Source: Candidatus Aminicenantes bacterium (GTDB taxonomy: Bacteria; Acidobacteriota; Aminicenantia; Aminicenantales; Aminicenantaceae). Taken from it: a DNA stretch of 64,000 nt. The stretch covers positions 290 through 64,289 of the forward strand of contig QMPV01000001.1 in NCBI GenBank assembly GCA_003648765.1, read 5' to 3'. This document shows positions 19,444 through 29,430 of the stretch, piece by piece (position 1 is the stretch's first letter; every line of letters begins with the position of its first letter). The position numbers were made by a program, and so were the translations under genes. Below the pieces are notes generated by a model. It had not been told where the DNA came from and ran no database searches. It saw only the letters and a program-made list of their open reading frames with translations.

Positions 19444-20003
19444 AGAAAATTGCTTAATGCTTCATTTTTATGTGGCCGATGATGGAAACCCCGAACGGTT
19501 TAATAATCAGGAAATCTGATCGACATCATAATCAGCCACCTCTGATTTCTTTTTAATATTACCGAAAAAAAAACCAACCGACAAGCGGTTATTACTTAAC
19601 CCAAAATTTCCCTAATAAATTAAATTAATTACAAGAAAGTCATTCTTTCTTAGAAAGGTAAGGGACTTTAAGGTAAAGCTGTAATTTTTATCGGCTTCAG
19701 TCTCCGGAGCAGTGGGGGAGGATAATTTTTTAGTGGCTTAATTTGGAGGAGAAAAGTTGGCTTAATTTGAGATTGTTTTGGGCAAGGCCAAAATTTTCCT
19801 GGAAGATTTTTATTTGATCCGAAAGTTGTTATCCAGCCCCTTTTAGTTAAGGCCGCTGTTTTGATGTTTTGGCTTTTCCAGGATCACCAGTCTTGATTTC
19901 TTAACCTTGAATCTCCAGCTTATTGAATTACCTTTTTCCCCTCAGTGAAATTATGTTAAAATCAAAAAGCAGTCTTTATAATCTTTATAATCAGAAGGGA
20001 GAT

Positions 20004-21461
20004 ATGAAAAAATTACCTCAAGCAAAGATTTTGATTGTTGATGATGAAGAGAACATCAGAAAAACACTTCGTATGGTTTTGGAATACGAGAATTTTGAGG
20101 TTTACGAGGCTTCTTCTGGAGAAGAAGCCTTGGAGAAAAGTGATGAGATTGTAGGTTTGGATTTGATTCTTTTGGATATTCGACTGCCCGGCAAAGATGG
20201 CTTGGAAGTGCTGGCCGAATTACAAGAAAGGCCCTACCGGCCGGAAGTGATTATGATTTCAGGCCATGGCACGATTCAATCAGCGGTTGAGGCCACCAAA
20301 CTGGGCGCCTACGATTTCTTAGAAAAGCCTCTCCACCGGGAAAGAATTCTACTGGCTATTCGCAATGCTCTGGACCATAAACGTTTAAAAAGAGAATATA
20401 TTGATTTAAGTCAAAAAGCAGCCAAACGCTATGAGCTAGTTGGGCGACATCCCTTAATGAAGAAATTGTGGGACCAAATCAAGAGAATTGCTCCAACTAA
20501 TTCAACTGTGCTTATTCAGGGAGAGAGCGGTACAGGGAAAGAATTGATTGCCCGGGCGATTCATCAACACAGCCATCGGGCTCAGAGGCCTTTTGTTCAA
20601 GTTAATTGTGCCGCTATTCCTGAGGAGTTAATTGAAAGTGAACTTTTTGGCCATGTTAAGGGAGCTTTCACTGGGGCCACGGAAAAAAAACTGGGCAAAT
20701 TTGAACTGGCTGACGGCGGAACTATTTTTCTTGATGAGGTGGGAGATATGAGTCTGAAGACCCAAGCTAAAGTTCTACGGGTCTTGGAAGAAGGTGAAGT
20801 GCAGAAAGTCGGCTCAACCAAGATTCAGAAAGTAGATGTTCGAGTCATCGCGGCCACCAACAAAGATTTATCTCAAGAAATAAAAGCAGGGCGTTTCCGG
20901 GAGGACCTTTATTTTCGTTTGAATGTAGTGCCTTTACAAGCGCCGCCTCTTCGGGAACACAAAGAAGATATTCCTTTATTGATTGATTATTTTATTCGTC
21001 TCTACGCCGAGGAGAATAATTTTAAACCCAAGAAATTTTCTCCCGAAGCGCTTGAAGTCATGATGAGATATCCGTGGAAAGGCAATGTCCGGGAGTTAAA
21101 GAATGTGGTGGAACGATTGCTTATCATGACTGAAGGGGATATAATAGAAAAAAGAGATTTGCCCGAACACATTCGGCAAGATGAGGAAGTTTTTCTGCCG
21201 GAAATAAGTCAGGTTAAGTCACTTAAAGAATTTCGGGAAGTTGCTGAGAAGATGTTCATTTTGGCTAAGCTGGAAGAGAATGAGTGGAATATTAGTCGAA
21301 CAGCTCGAGCTATTGGAACTCCACGGAGTAATCTTTACAAAAAGCTGGAACAATATCATATTAAGATAAAGGCTGGAGTAGGCGAGGCGGTTGCTCCACC
21401 GGAGCCCAAGGCTGACGGTGGGGAGGAAAGTCCGAACTCCACAGAGCAGGATGGTCGCTAA
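20004..21461 (+). CDS. sigma-54-dependent response regulator (NtrC family: receiver + AAA+ + Fis-type HTH)
   Basis: The receiver domain (KILIVDDEENIRKTL...LDIRLPGKDG), Walker A GESGTGKE, the sigma-54 contact motif GAFTGA and a C-terminal HTH are all present. The preferred start is the ATG at 20004, with a GAAGGGAG RBS. The last ~30 codons read through into rnpB. Confidence 0.9.
   Translation: MKKLPQAKILIVDDEENIRKTLRMVLEYENFEVYEASSGEEALEKSDEIVGLDLILLDIRLPGKDGLEVLAELQERPYRPEVIMISGHGTIQSAVEATKLGAYDFLEKPLHRERILLAIRNALDHKRLKREYIDLSQKAAKRYELVGRHPLMKKLWDQIKRIAPTNSTVLIQGESGTGKELIARAIHQHSHRAQRPFVQVNCAAIPEELIESELFGHVKGAFTGATEKKLGKFELADGGTIFLDEVGDMSLKTQAKVLRVLEEGEVQKVGSTKIQKVDVRVIAATNKDLSQEIKAGRFREDLYFRLNVVPLQAPPLREHKEDIPLLIDYFIRLYAEENNFKPKKFSPEALEVMMRYPWKGNVRELKNVVERLLIMTEGDIIEKRDLPEHIRQDEEVFLPEISQVKSLKEFREVAEKMFILAKLEENEWNISRTARAIGTPRSNLYKKLEQYHIKIKAGVGEAVAPPEPKADGGEESPNSTEQDGR
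21334..21362 (+). promoter_or_regulatory. candidate rnpB promoter embedded in the regulator 3' coding region (TTTACA-17nt-CATATT)
   Basis: TTTACA at 21334-21339 and CATATT at 21357-21362 place +1 at about 21369-21371. This coincides with the predicted 5' end of the RNase P RNA P1 stem. Confidence 0.3.
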
Positions 21462-21757
21462 CAGCGACTCCGAGCAATCGGAGGAAAGTGCCACAGAGAG
21501 TAGACCGCCCTGTGGGTGTGGTCAAGACCCACTCACGGAGCAAGGGTGAAAGGGTGAGGTAAGAGCTCACCGCTCTGGTGGTGACACCAGAGGCAGGGCA
21601 AACCCCATCCGGAGCAAGGCCAAATCGGCCCCCGAAGAGATAGCTCGTCTCAGGGGGCGGGTAGGCCGCTTGACCCCTTGAGTAATCAAGGGGCGAGATA
21701 AATAACCGCCCCTGCCCTCGGGCAGGAACAGAATTCGGCTTACGTCCTGCTCCAGCC
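21371..21757 (+). ncRNA. rnpB: RNase P RNA (bacterial type A)
   Basis: Universally conserved blocks are all present: GGAGGAAAGTCCGAACTCCACAGAGCA (P4 5' strand), AAGGGTGAAAGGGTGAGGTAAGAGCTCACC (P10-P11/J11-12), CCGGAGCAAGGCCAAATCGG, GGGTAGGCCGCTTGA and ACAGAATTCGGCTTA (P4 3' strand). The P1 stem pairs 5' GGCTGGAGTAGGCG with 3' CGTCCTGCTCCAGCC. Confidence 0.85.
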
Positions 21758-21771
21758 TTTTCTTTTTCTTT

Positions 21772-21801
21772 CTTCTTCTTCTTCTTCTTCTTCTTCTTCT
21801 T
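21772..21801. repeat. (CTT)10 trinucleotide microsatellite, with imperfect CTT units extending back to 21761
   Basis: Ten perfect tandem CTT units are read directly, immediately 3' of rnpB and convergent with the nuoN 3' end. Confidence 0.9.
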
Positions 21802-21949
21802 CTTCCTTCAATTAGGCCTAGGGGTTGGCCAGACTGTTTTTGGGAAGAGGTGGAGCTTTCCCTAATTCAGCTGGAAGGAGAAGCTTAGAGGATAATCAAT
21901 TGAGAAAATATTTTAATTCGGGGGAGGAAAAGAAGATGATGTGGCTCAA

Positions 21950-23401
21950 TTAAGGTAAAAGGCTAAGGAGAGTGGGAAGAGAAGCCACTGCTTGGCGGAT
22001 CCAGATAAGGATATTTCCTGGGAAAAGCCCCAGTTGAAGGACTCCATAGAGACAAAGAAAAAGAACTAAATAAAGAGCTGGATTGTCGCTTCGAATGATC
22101 ACGGCTGAAGTAGGTTCGCGCATATACATATACACCACAACTCGGAGATAGTAATAAACTGAGATAAGGCTGGCTAAGACAGCGATAATGACTAAGGAAG
22201 TTAATCCTCGTTGGACAGCTGAGGCAAAAACATAGAATTTAGCTAAGAAGCCCCCTGTGGGAGGAAAACCAGCCAGAGAGATTAAGAAGATGGTCATCAT
22301 AGCCCCAATCCAGGGGTATTGGAAACCTATACCTTTAAAGTCTTCCAACTGGAGATATTCTTGTCTCTCCCGGCTGAGGGCAATCACTGCGGCAAAAGCA
22401 CCAATGTTCATAAAAAGATACACAGCTAAATAAAAAAGCAGGCTACCATAATCCTGGGCGAGGATGGCCACTAGTAGATAACCGGCGTGGGCGATGCTGG
22501 AATAAGCGAGAAGACGCTTAATGTTGGTTTGCCGAAGGGCCACCAGATTAGCCACGACCATAGTAGCGACGGCTAGGACCCAGAGAGCCCAGAAAATGGT
22601 GGTCCGGTTAAAGGCGGTTGGCCAAAAGAGGTAAAAGACCCGAATAAGCACGGCAAAGCCCACAGCTTTAGGGCCGATGGAGAAAAAGGCGGTGATAGGA
22701 GTTGGTGAGCCTTCATAAACATCAGGCGTCCACATATGAAAAGGCACAATGGCAATCTTAAAACCGAAACCCACCAGGAGTAATCCCAGACCCACCCAAC
22801 CTAGGACCAGTGAAGGAGAATCGGCTTTAAATCCTTGAATAATTCCGTGGATTTGGGTGGTGTGGGCAAAGCCGAAAAGAAAAGCCAGACCCAGCACTAG
22901 CAGGGCGGAAGCAAAACTCCCCAGGAGGAAATATTTAGCCGCTGCTTCTGAAGATTTCTGATCACGAATTTTCAATCCGGCCAGAGCATAGCTGGAGGTG
23001 GACAGCACTTCTAGGCCGAGAAAGATGACGATTAAATCATAAGAAGAAACCATAATCAACAGGCCAGAGAGAGCAAAAAGAAGCAGCCCGTAATATTCCC
23101 CAAAGTTCATTTCCTGGAATTCGATGTACTTGAGGGAGATTAAAATAACTAAGGCTGTGGCCACCAGAAAGATATAGTGAAAAGCTACGGCTAAATTGTC
23201 AAAAATTAGGAAATTATGAAAAGAAGTTAAATTTTGATTCCAGAGCCGGGAGTTAAAAAAACCGCAAGCAATGAGGGCTATTAAACTCAAATATCCCAAA
23301 TAATTTCGGTTAGAACGTCGGAAAAATACCTCCAGCAGGATAACTACCAGGGCGGCTCCGACGATAGTCAACAAGGGTAGTAGAGGTCGGAGAATGGTCA
23401 T
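21950..23401 (-). CDS. nuoN: NADH-quinone oxidoreductase subunit N
   Basis: 483 aa and polytopic. It is the last gene of the nuoJKLMN block, and the antiporter-like NuoN/ND2 pattern is present. Confidence 0.88.
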   Translation of the reverse strand: MTILRPLLPLLTIVGAALVVILLEVFFRRSNRNYLGYLSLIALIACGFFNSRLWNQNLTSFHNFLIFDNLAVAFHYIFLVATALVILISLKYIEFQEMNFGEYYGLLLFALSGLLIMVSSYDLIVIFLGLEVLSTSSYALAGLKIRDQKSSEAAAKYFLLGSFASALLVLGLAFLFGFAHTTQIHGIIQGFKADSPSLVLGWVGLGLLLVGFGFKIAIVPFHMWTPDVYEGSPTPITAFFSIGPKAVGFAVLIRVFYLFWPTAFNRTTIFWALWVLAVATMVVANLVALRQTNIKRLLAYSSIAHAGYLLVAILAQDYGSLLFYLAVYLFMNIGAFAAVIALSRERQEYLQLEDFKGIGFQYPWIGAMMTIFLISLAGFPPTGGFLAKFYVFASAVQRGLTSLVIIAVLASLISVYYYLRVVVYMYMREPTSAVIIRSDNPALYLVLFLCLYGVLQLGLFPGNILIWIRQAVASLPTLLSLLP

Positions 23402-24990
23402 GGCTGCTTTGCCTCCTGGGTTTCTTCAGAAGCCTTCTCGGCCGGCAACATTTTGACCACAAATTGTTTTGAAGTGGCAGAGATAAGGTCTGGTCGTTGA
23501 AAATAGCCTTCATGTTTTTCAATCTGAGTCAGGAGTAATTCGACTGAAGGTTTCATTTTAGCTAGAAAGGTTCGTGGATAGACCCCCATCCAGACCATCA
23601 TAATGACAATTGGTGTTAGGTAGAGGATTTCTCGCAGATTTAGGTCAGGGAAAGTTTTTATTTTTTTCTGGGTTATCGGTCCCTGCATGACTCGCTGGAA
23701 CATCCAGAGGAGGTAACCAGCGGCTAAAATAACGGTGCTTACCGCCAAGATGGCGTACAGAGAATTGGATTGAAAAACACCATAAAGACAGAGAATTTCG
23801 CCAATAAAGCCATTTAGTCCTGGTAACCCTACTGAAGATAAAACACAGACAAGGAAAAAGGCGGCGAAGATAGGCATTTGTCGGCTGACTCCCCCGTAGT
23901 CTTTAATGAGTCGGGTATGGGCTCGCTCATAAAGAATGCCCACACACAAGAAGAGAGCGCCGGTGCTTAAGCCGTGGTTAAGCATTTGATAAATGGCTCC
24001 CTCAATCGAAGTCTGATTGAGAGCAAAAACGGCCAGCATGATCAGGCCCATATGGCTGACACTGGAATAGGCCACCAGAGATTTAACATCTTTTTGAATG
24101 AGAGCCATCAGGCCTCCATAAATGATGCCGATGATAGCCAGCACAGAAAGCAAGGGAATAAATTTGACTACTGCCTGGGGAAAAAGCGGCAGGGCAAAGC
24201 GGAGAAAACCATAAGTCCCCATTTTTAAAAGGACGGCCGCCAGGATGACTGACCCAGCTGTGGGTGCTTCGACATGAGCATCAGGGAGCCAGGTATGGAA
24301 GGGAAACATGGGGACTTTAATGGCAAAAGCCAGAGCAAAGGCCAAGAACAGCCATATTTGAAGCTGGGGATTTAAGACGATTTTATACATATCGAAGATT
24401 TCAAATGAAGCTGTGCCTGTAGCCTTGAGATGAAGAGAGTAAAGCATAAAAATAGCCACCAGCATTAACAGGCTGCCAAACATAGTAAAAAGGACGAATT
24501 TGACGGTGGCGTAAATCCGGCGAGGGCCTCCCCAGACACCGATCAGGAAATACATCGGGATAAGCATAGCTTCCCAGAAGACATAAAAAAGAAAAAGATT
24601 TAAGGAGACAAAAACACCGATGATGCCCGTTTCCAACAGCAGGAGAAAAAAGAGATATTCTTTATGGCGCTTTTGAATATAGTTCCAGGAGGAAAGCACG
24701 GCGATGGGCATCAGGAAAGTGGTTAAAATCACCAGAAACAGACTTATGCCATCAACTCCCAGATGGTAATTAATGCCTCTCCCCAGCCAAGCTGATTTTT
24801 CCACAAATTGCGGTAAGCCCGTGCTCTCATCGAAGCGGAAATAGAGAATTAAGGAAAGGAAAAAATTAAGCAGCGTAAAAATCAAGGCGGTTAGGAATAA
24901 TAATTGTTTTCTTTCCCGAGGGAGAAAGATAATTAACAAGGCACCAACTAAGGGCAGGAAGGTTAAGATGCTTAAAATTTGTCCACTCAT
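23398..24990 (-). CDS. nuoM: NADH-quinone oxidoreductase subunit M
   Basis: 530 aa with antiporter-like NuoM/ND4 conservation (WLPDAHVEAPTAGSVILA). It overlaps nuoN by 4 nt. Confidence 0.9.
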   Translation of the reverse strand: MSGQILSILTFLPLVGALLIIFLPRERKQLLFLTALIFTLLNFFLSLILYFRFDESTGLPQFVEKSAWLGRGINYHLGVDGISLFLVILTTFLMPIAVLSSWNYIQKRHKEYLFFLLLLETGIIGVFVSLNLFLFYVFWEAMLIPMYFLIGVWGGPRRIYATVKFVLFTMFGSLLMLVAIFMLYSLHLKATGTASFEIFDMYKIVLNPQLQIWLFLAFALAFAIKVPMFPFHTWLPDAHVEAPTAGSVILAAVLLKMGTYGFLRFALPLFPQAVVKFIPLLSVLAIIGIIYGGLMALIQKDVKSLVAYSSVSHMGLIMLAVFALNQTSIEGAIYQMLNHGLSTGALFLCVGILYERAHTRLIKDYGGVSRQMPIFAAFFLVCVLSSVGLPGLNGFIGEILCLYGVFQSNSLYAILAVSTVILAAGYLLWMFQRVMQGPITQKKIKTFPDLNLREILYLTPIVIMMVWMGVYPRTFLAKMKPSVELLLTQIEKHEGYFQRPDLISATSKQFVVKMLPAEKASEETQEAKQP

Positions 24991-24991
24991 T

Positions 24992-26893
24992 TTAAAACAA
25001 TAAATATCCCAGTAAAATTACAGCGCCTAGAATAATGGCCAAAGCATAATCTTTAATCAAACCGGTCTGGAGAAGACTAAGAATTTTGCCCAAGAAACCC
25101 GCGGTAGAGGCTGTGCCGTTTACCGCTCCGTCGATAACTTTCAGGTCGAAATGCTGATAGACCAATTCCGAACCCTTAATTGTCGATTGGACAAAAAGAG
25201 TATTGTAAGCCTCATCCACATAGTACTTATTGACTAAGATGCGATAAGGACCGGGAAAACGGGCAACCAGGTTATGAGGTAAAGATGGTTTTTTAATATA
25301 AAAGATGTAAGCGATGAAAATGCCGGTTAAGGCCACGACTGTCGAGGTTAGAATAAGCAACCACTCGGTGCTCAAACTCAGATGCGCTTCTTCATGATGA
25401 GCTATGATCGGGGAAAGGAAACGGAAGAACCAGTTGACATCTTTCCCTAGGACAACTGGGAGTCCGATATAACCGCCAACAATGGAGAGAAAAGCCAGAA
25501 TCATTAAAGGAATGGTCATGACTGGGGGGGATTCATGGATATGTTTTTTAACTTCTTCGGACATCCGCTCTTGACCGTGGAAGGTTAAAAAGATTAACCG
25601 GAACATGTAAAAAGCCGTTAACACTGCGCCGAAAATACCCAGGGTCCAGACTAAATAGTTACCCTGGGCGAAGGCGCTGGTCAGAATAGCATCTTTGGAG
25701 AAAAATCCTGAAAAGAAGGGGATGCCGGAAATGGCGATGGCGCCAATTAAAAAAGTCGGATAGGTAATAGGTAGATATTTTTTAAGCCCGCCCATTTTTT
25801 GCATATTCAATTCACCCGAAAGAGCATGCATGACACTGCCGGCGGCCAAAAAGAGAAGGCTTTTAAAGAAGGCGTGAGTCACTAGGTGGAACATCCCGGC
25901 AGCGTAAGCACCTACGCCACAACCCATAAACATATAACCTATCTGAGAGATAGTCGAGTAAGCCAGGACTCTTTTAATATCATTTTGGGTGAGAGCAATC
26001 GTGGCGGCGAAAACGGCCGTGACCGCTCCGATAAGGGCCACAATTTGAGCCGCGGTTGGAGTAAAGGAATAGAGGGGATTCAGGCGGGAGACCATGTAGA
26101 CGCCAGCAGTGACCATGGTGGCGGCGTGAATTAAAGCTGAGACAGGGGTGGGGCCTTCCATAGCATCCGGCAGCCAAACATAGAGAGGAATTTGGGCGGA
26201 TTTGCCGGTGGCCCCCACGAAAAAGAGGATAGCCATTAGAGTAGCTAGAGGCAGAGCCACCTCATGATGGCTAAAGGCTTGATTGATGATTCTGAATTCG
26301 CCGGTACCTAAATGAAAGAAAACCAGGAAGATTCCCAGGAGAAAAGCCGCATCCCCAATCCGGTTGACAATAAAAGCCTTTTTGCCGGCAGTGGCGGCTG
26401 AATGTTTTTCAAACCAGAACCCGATTAATAGATAAGAACAGAGACCGACTCCCTCCCAACCCACGAACATAAGGACAATGTTTGAGGCCATCACCAGGAG
26501 AAGCATAGCGAAGGTGAACAGATTGAGGTAAGTGAAATAACGGGTGTAGCTTCTGTCTTCGGCCATGTAGCCAACAGAGTAGACATGAATAAGGAAGCCT
26601 ACCCCGGTGACTACCAAGGCCATGATCGAGGAGAGGGGGTCGAGTTGAAAGGCCAGGTCAACCTGGAAGTTACCCGAGGAAATCCAGGTGAAGAGTTTTT
26701 TAATCAAGGGGAAGCTGGAACTGGGGAGTTGAAGGAGATGAATAAAAGCAAGAAGAGATAAAACGAAAGAGAGAAAAACTGAGAAGCAGGCTTGCCAAGA
26801 GACATATTTTTTGGGCATGAGCCGGCCGAACAGAAGGAATAAAATTACACTTAGAGCCGGAAAAAAAGGAATGAGCCAGAAGTATTCGACCAT
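24992..26893 (-). CDS. nuoL: NADH-quinone oxidoreductase subunit L
   Basis: 633 aa with NuoL/ND5 motifs (WLPDAMEGPTPVSALIHAATMVTAGVY) and the long C-terminal extension typical of NuoL. Confidence 0.9.
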   Translation of the reverse strand: MVEYFWLIPFFPALSVILFLLFGRLMPKKYVSWQACFSVFLSFVLSLLAFIHLLQLPSSSFPLIKKLFTWISSGNFQVDLAFQLDPLSSIMALVVTGVGFLIHVYSVGYMAEDRSYTRYFTYLNLFTFAMLLLVMASNIVLMFVGWEGVGLCSYLLIGFWFEKHSAATAGKKAFIVNRIGDAAFLLGIFLVFFHLGTGEFRIINQAFSHHEVALPLATLMAILFFVGATGKSAQIPLYVWLPDAMEGPTPVSALIHAATMVTAGVYMVSRLNPLYSFTPTAAQIVALIGAVTAVFAATIALTQNDIKRVLAYSTISQIGYMFMGCGVGAYAAGMFHLVTHAFFKSLLFLAAGSVMHALSGELNMQKMGGLKKYLPITYPTFLIGAIAISGIPFFSGFFSKDAILTSAFAQGNYLVWTLGIFGAVLTAFYMFRLIFLTFHGQERMSEEVKKHIHESPPVMTIPLMILAFLSIVGGYIGLPVVLGKDVNWFFRFLSPIIAHHEEAHLSLSTEWLLILTSTVVALTGIFIAYIFYIKKPSLPHNLVARFPGPYRILVNKYYVDEAYNTLFVQSTIKGSELVYQHFDLKVIDGAVNGTASTAGFLGKILSLLQTGLIKDYALAIILGAVILLGYLLF

Positions 26894-26894
26894 C

Positions 26895-27197
26895 TTACCC
26901 TTTCATCAAATTTAAATCTTCGGTTTTGATAGTTTTTTTCTGGCGGAAGATAAGCATAACAATGGCCAAGCCAATGGCTGCTTCGGCCGCAGCCACAGTG
27001 ATGACAAAGAAAACAATTATTTGGCCTTCCAGGGAGGCGAAAGCTTGGGCGAAACCAATAAAAGTTAGGTTGGCGGCATTGAGCATCAGTTCAACCGCCA
27101 TAAACATAGTGATCAAATCCCGCTTTACAAAAAAGGCAATCAATCCGATAGCAAAGAGAATTAAACTTAAAATAAACACTAAATTTAAAGGAATCAT
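26895..27197 (-). CDS. nuoK: NADH-quinone oxidoreductase subunit K
   Basis: 100 aa with three TM helices and the ND4L pattern. Confidence 0.88.
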   Translation of the reverse strand: MIPLNLVFILSLILFAIGLIAFFVKRDLITMFMAVELMLNAANLTFIGFAQAFASLEGQIIVFFVITVAAAEAAIGLAIVMLIFRQKKTIKTEDLNLMKG

Positions 27198-27688
27198 TCC
27201 TGGTCCCTTTTTTTCCCCAAAACCACGGCTCCCACCAGGGCCGCTACGATGAGTACAGAGGTGATTTCGAAGGGATAAATAAAAGTGGAAAAAAGAAGTT
27301 CGCCTAAATTCTCAGGCGTGCCCGGCTGGGCGGGTAAAGGCGAGACTACTCCTTTGAACTTGAGAATAGCCCAAAGCAGCTCTAGAAAGAGGATAAACCC
27401 GATAACCACAGCCAGACGAACCGGCCATTTTCTCTTTTCCGGCGGCCAGCCCTGTTTGAGATTAATGGTCATAATCACAAAAATGAAAAGGACCATGATG
27501 GCGCCGGCATAAATAATTATCTGCACGACAGCAATGAAGGGTGCCTCGAGAAGGGCAAAAATACCGCCCAAAGAGGAGAGGGTGACAATAAGGCAAAGAG
27601 CGTTGTAAACTTGATTTCTGAAGAAGATTAAACCGAGAGAAAAAATAATAGCAATTAAAGCGAGCAGGATAAAAAGGAATAAACCCAT
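27194..27688 (-). CDS. nuoJ: NADH-quinone oxidoreductase subunit J
   Basis: 164 aa with the ND6-like TM pattern. It is the first gene of the block. No nuoA-I genes lie upstream. Confidence 0.8.
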   Translation of the reverse strand: MGLFLFILLALIAIIFSLGLIFFRNQVYNALCLIVTLSSLGGIFALLEAPFIAVVQIIIYAGAIMVLFIFVIMTINLKQGWPPEKRKWPVRLAVVIGFILFLELLWAILKFKGVVSPLPAQPGTPENLGELLFSTFIYPFEITSVLIVAALVGAVVLGKKRDQE

Positions 27689-28250
27689 TTTTTGAGTTTC
27701 CCATTATATTTTTTGCTCCAAAGGTATGTCAAGATTTTTTTTGAGTTAAATTAATATTTTGGGTTAAATTGGTGAGTTCATCCTCTAAGACCGAAGAGAA
27801 ATCTATGTTAGTTGCGGAGGTAATCAAACCCACTGCCTTTGAACAGCCTTACAAAAAGCCAGAATTTCTGGTCGGTCAATCCATTGGGGGACAATCTTTA
27901 TTTTCCCCTAGGAGTCCAAGGGCAACAAAAGGAAGTAAAAAATAAATAATTTTTGTGAATTGATTTAATTAATTTAATTAATAAGTTCTAATCAAAGGAG
28001 AAAGCTAAAGATCTGCCCTCATTTTAGCTAACTTGATTAAGATCATCTTATCTAAACAAAAGAGAAGGGCAAAGATCCGACCCTAAATTTAAATTTATCT
28101 CCCTTTATTCGCAGAGAGGGCAGGACTAGACTTTCCGGGGTTAGCTAAAGCAGCAAATTAAAAGAGAAAATTTTTTCCAAGATGAGAACTAGAGACATTT
28201 ATTCTCTTTAGAGAAAATTTTAACTAGCCTGAATGACTGGCCTGAGTCAA

Positions 28251-28278
28251 TTGACATCTGTTATTAATTTGTTATAAT
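28251..28278 (+). promoter_or_regulatory. near-consensus sigma70 promoter (TTGACA-16nt-TATAAT) driving the tRNA-fMet gene
   Basis: TTGACA at 28251-28256 and TATAAT at 28273-28278. The tRNA 5' end is at 28292. Confidence 0.5.
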
Positions 28279-28291
28279 TATTAAACGGTAG

Positions 28292-28368
<77 letters not shown>

Positions 28369-28524
28369 ATTTTATTGAGGGGGGAAATAAAGTCTTAAGG
28401 GCCGAAAAAGGGGAATTTTTTATCAGGAATAGCTTTTGGTGAAAAGAAAACAGTAAAAAATTCAATTTTTCCCTTTTTTCTCCGACAAAATTAGTGAAAT
28501 CAAAAAAGGATAGGTCTACTTAAG

Positions 28525-28935
28525 ATGAGTTTTGCTAAAATCAAGCGCCGTTCCTTTAGTTCACCCCGGGTACTTATTGTCGAAGACGAGACCATTGTGG
28601 CTCTGGATTTACAATGTACCTTGGAGCAATTGGGGTGTTCAGTGATTCAAATTGTCTCTTCCGGGGAAGAATCCATTGAGGCCGCCCGGAAATATTCTCC
28701 GGATGTTATCTTGATGGATATAAAATTAAAGGGCAAGATAGATGGGATAAAAGCGGCAGAAATTATTTATCAACGTTGGAAAATTCCCATTATTTACATT
28801 TCTGCCTACAGTGATTTGCAGTCTTTACAAAGAATGAACAAAATCAAAAATTATGGCTATTTGAATAAGCCTTTTGCTGAATACGAATTAAAGAGTTTTT
28901 TAGATAAAGCCCTCGGTCAGAAGGGTCCTCTGTAA
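28525..28935 (+). CDS. single-domain response regulator (CheY-like receiver only)
   Basis: 136 aa with the phospho-acceptor Asp context VILMDIKL, the acidic pocket IVEDE and a conserved Lys region. There is no output domain and no adjacent histidine kinase. Confidence 0.8.
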   Translation: MSFAKIKRRSFSSPRVLIVEDETIVALDLQCTLEQLGCSVIQIVSSGEESIEAARKYSPDVILMDIKLKGKIDGIKAAEIIYQRWKIPIIYISAYSDLQSLQRMNKIKNYGYLNKPFAEYELKSFLDKALGQKGPL

Positions 28936-29430
28936 GTTCTGCCTCCTGGTTTTTTTCTCTTGTCTAATTTTTTTCTAAATGCTCTACGGGTTGTTGGATC
29001 ACTTCCCATCAGAAAAAGTGGGGTCAATAAGAATACTTTTTGAGACCAAAAATTAGAAAAGTAGAAAAATTGGAAGCGTAAAGTCGGGGTTTAGCTTTCA
29101 CCTTTCACTTTTGACTAACCAAATTTTTTATTTCTTAATATCTTTATTGGCTACTGACTCCATTTGCTGAAGATGAAAAACCAGATTTTTGATATACTGG
29201 GCAAAATTTATCTCTCCTTGGTAGAGCGATTGATACAACATTAATCTTATCTCCATTTCTTGGTTAATTTTATCTAAAAATTCTTTCTTTTAGTCCTGTA
29301 GCCGGTGCGCCTCAGGAGTGAAGGAGAGGGCTCAAAGAGGTAGCCAAGAGGAAGGTCAATTAATTTATTTACATTTCCAAGAGAAAGCGTTATATTGTCC
29401 TCTCTTAAAAGACAGGTCAAGGGGGAAAGA

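Noticed and set aside
21761-21806. Considered whether the CTT repeat could be a CRISPR array or a minisatellite cassette
   Set aside because: It is a simple trinucleotide microsatellite with no spacers and no cas genes. There is no CRISPR in the window.
25886-27512. Several 60-110-aa ORFs antisense to or overlapping nuoL, nuoK and nuoJ (25886..26134, 25980..26177, 26926..27252, 27285..27512, 27462..27704)
   Set aside because: All lie within or antisense to well-supported membrane-subunit genes. The translations are Gly/Arg/Pro-rich shadow artefacts.
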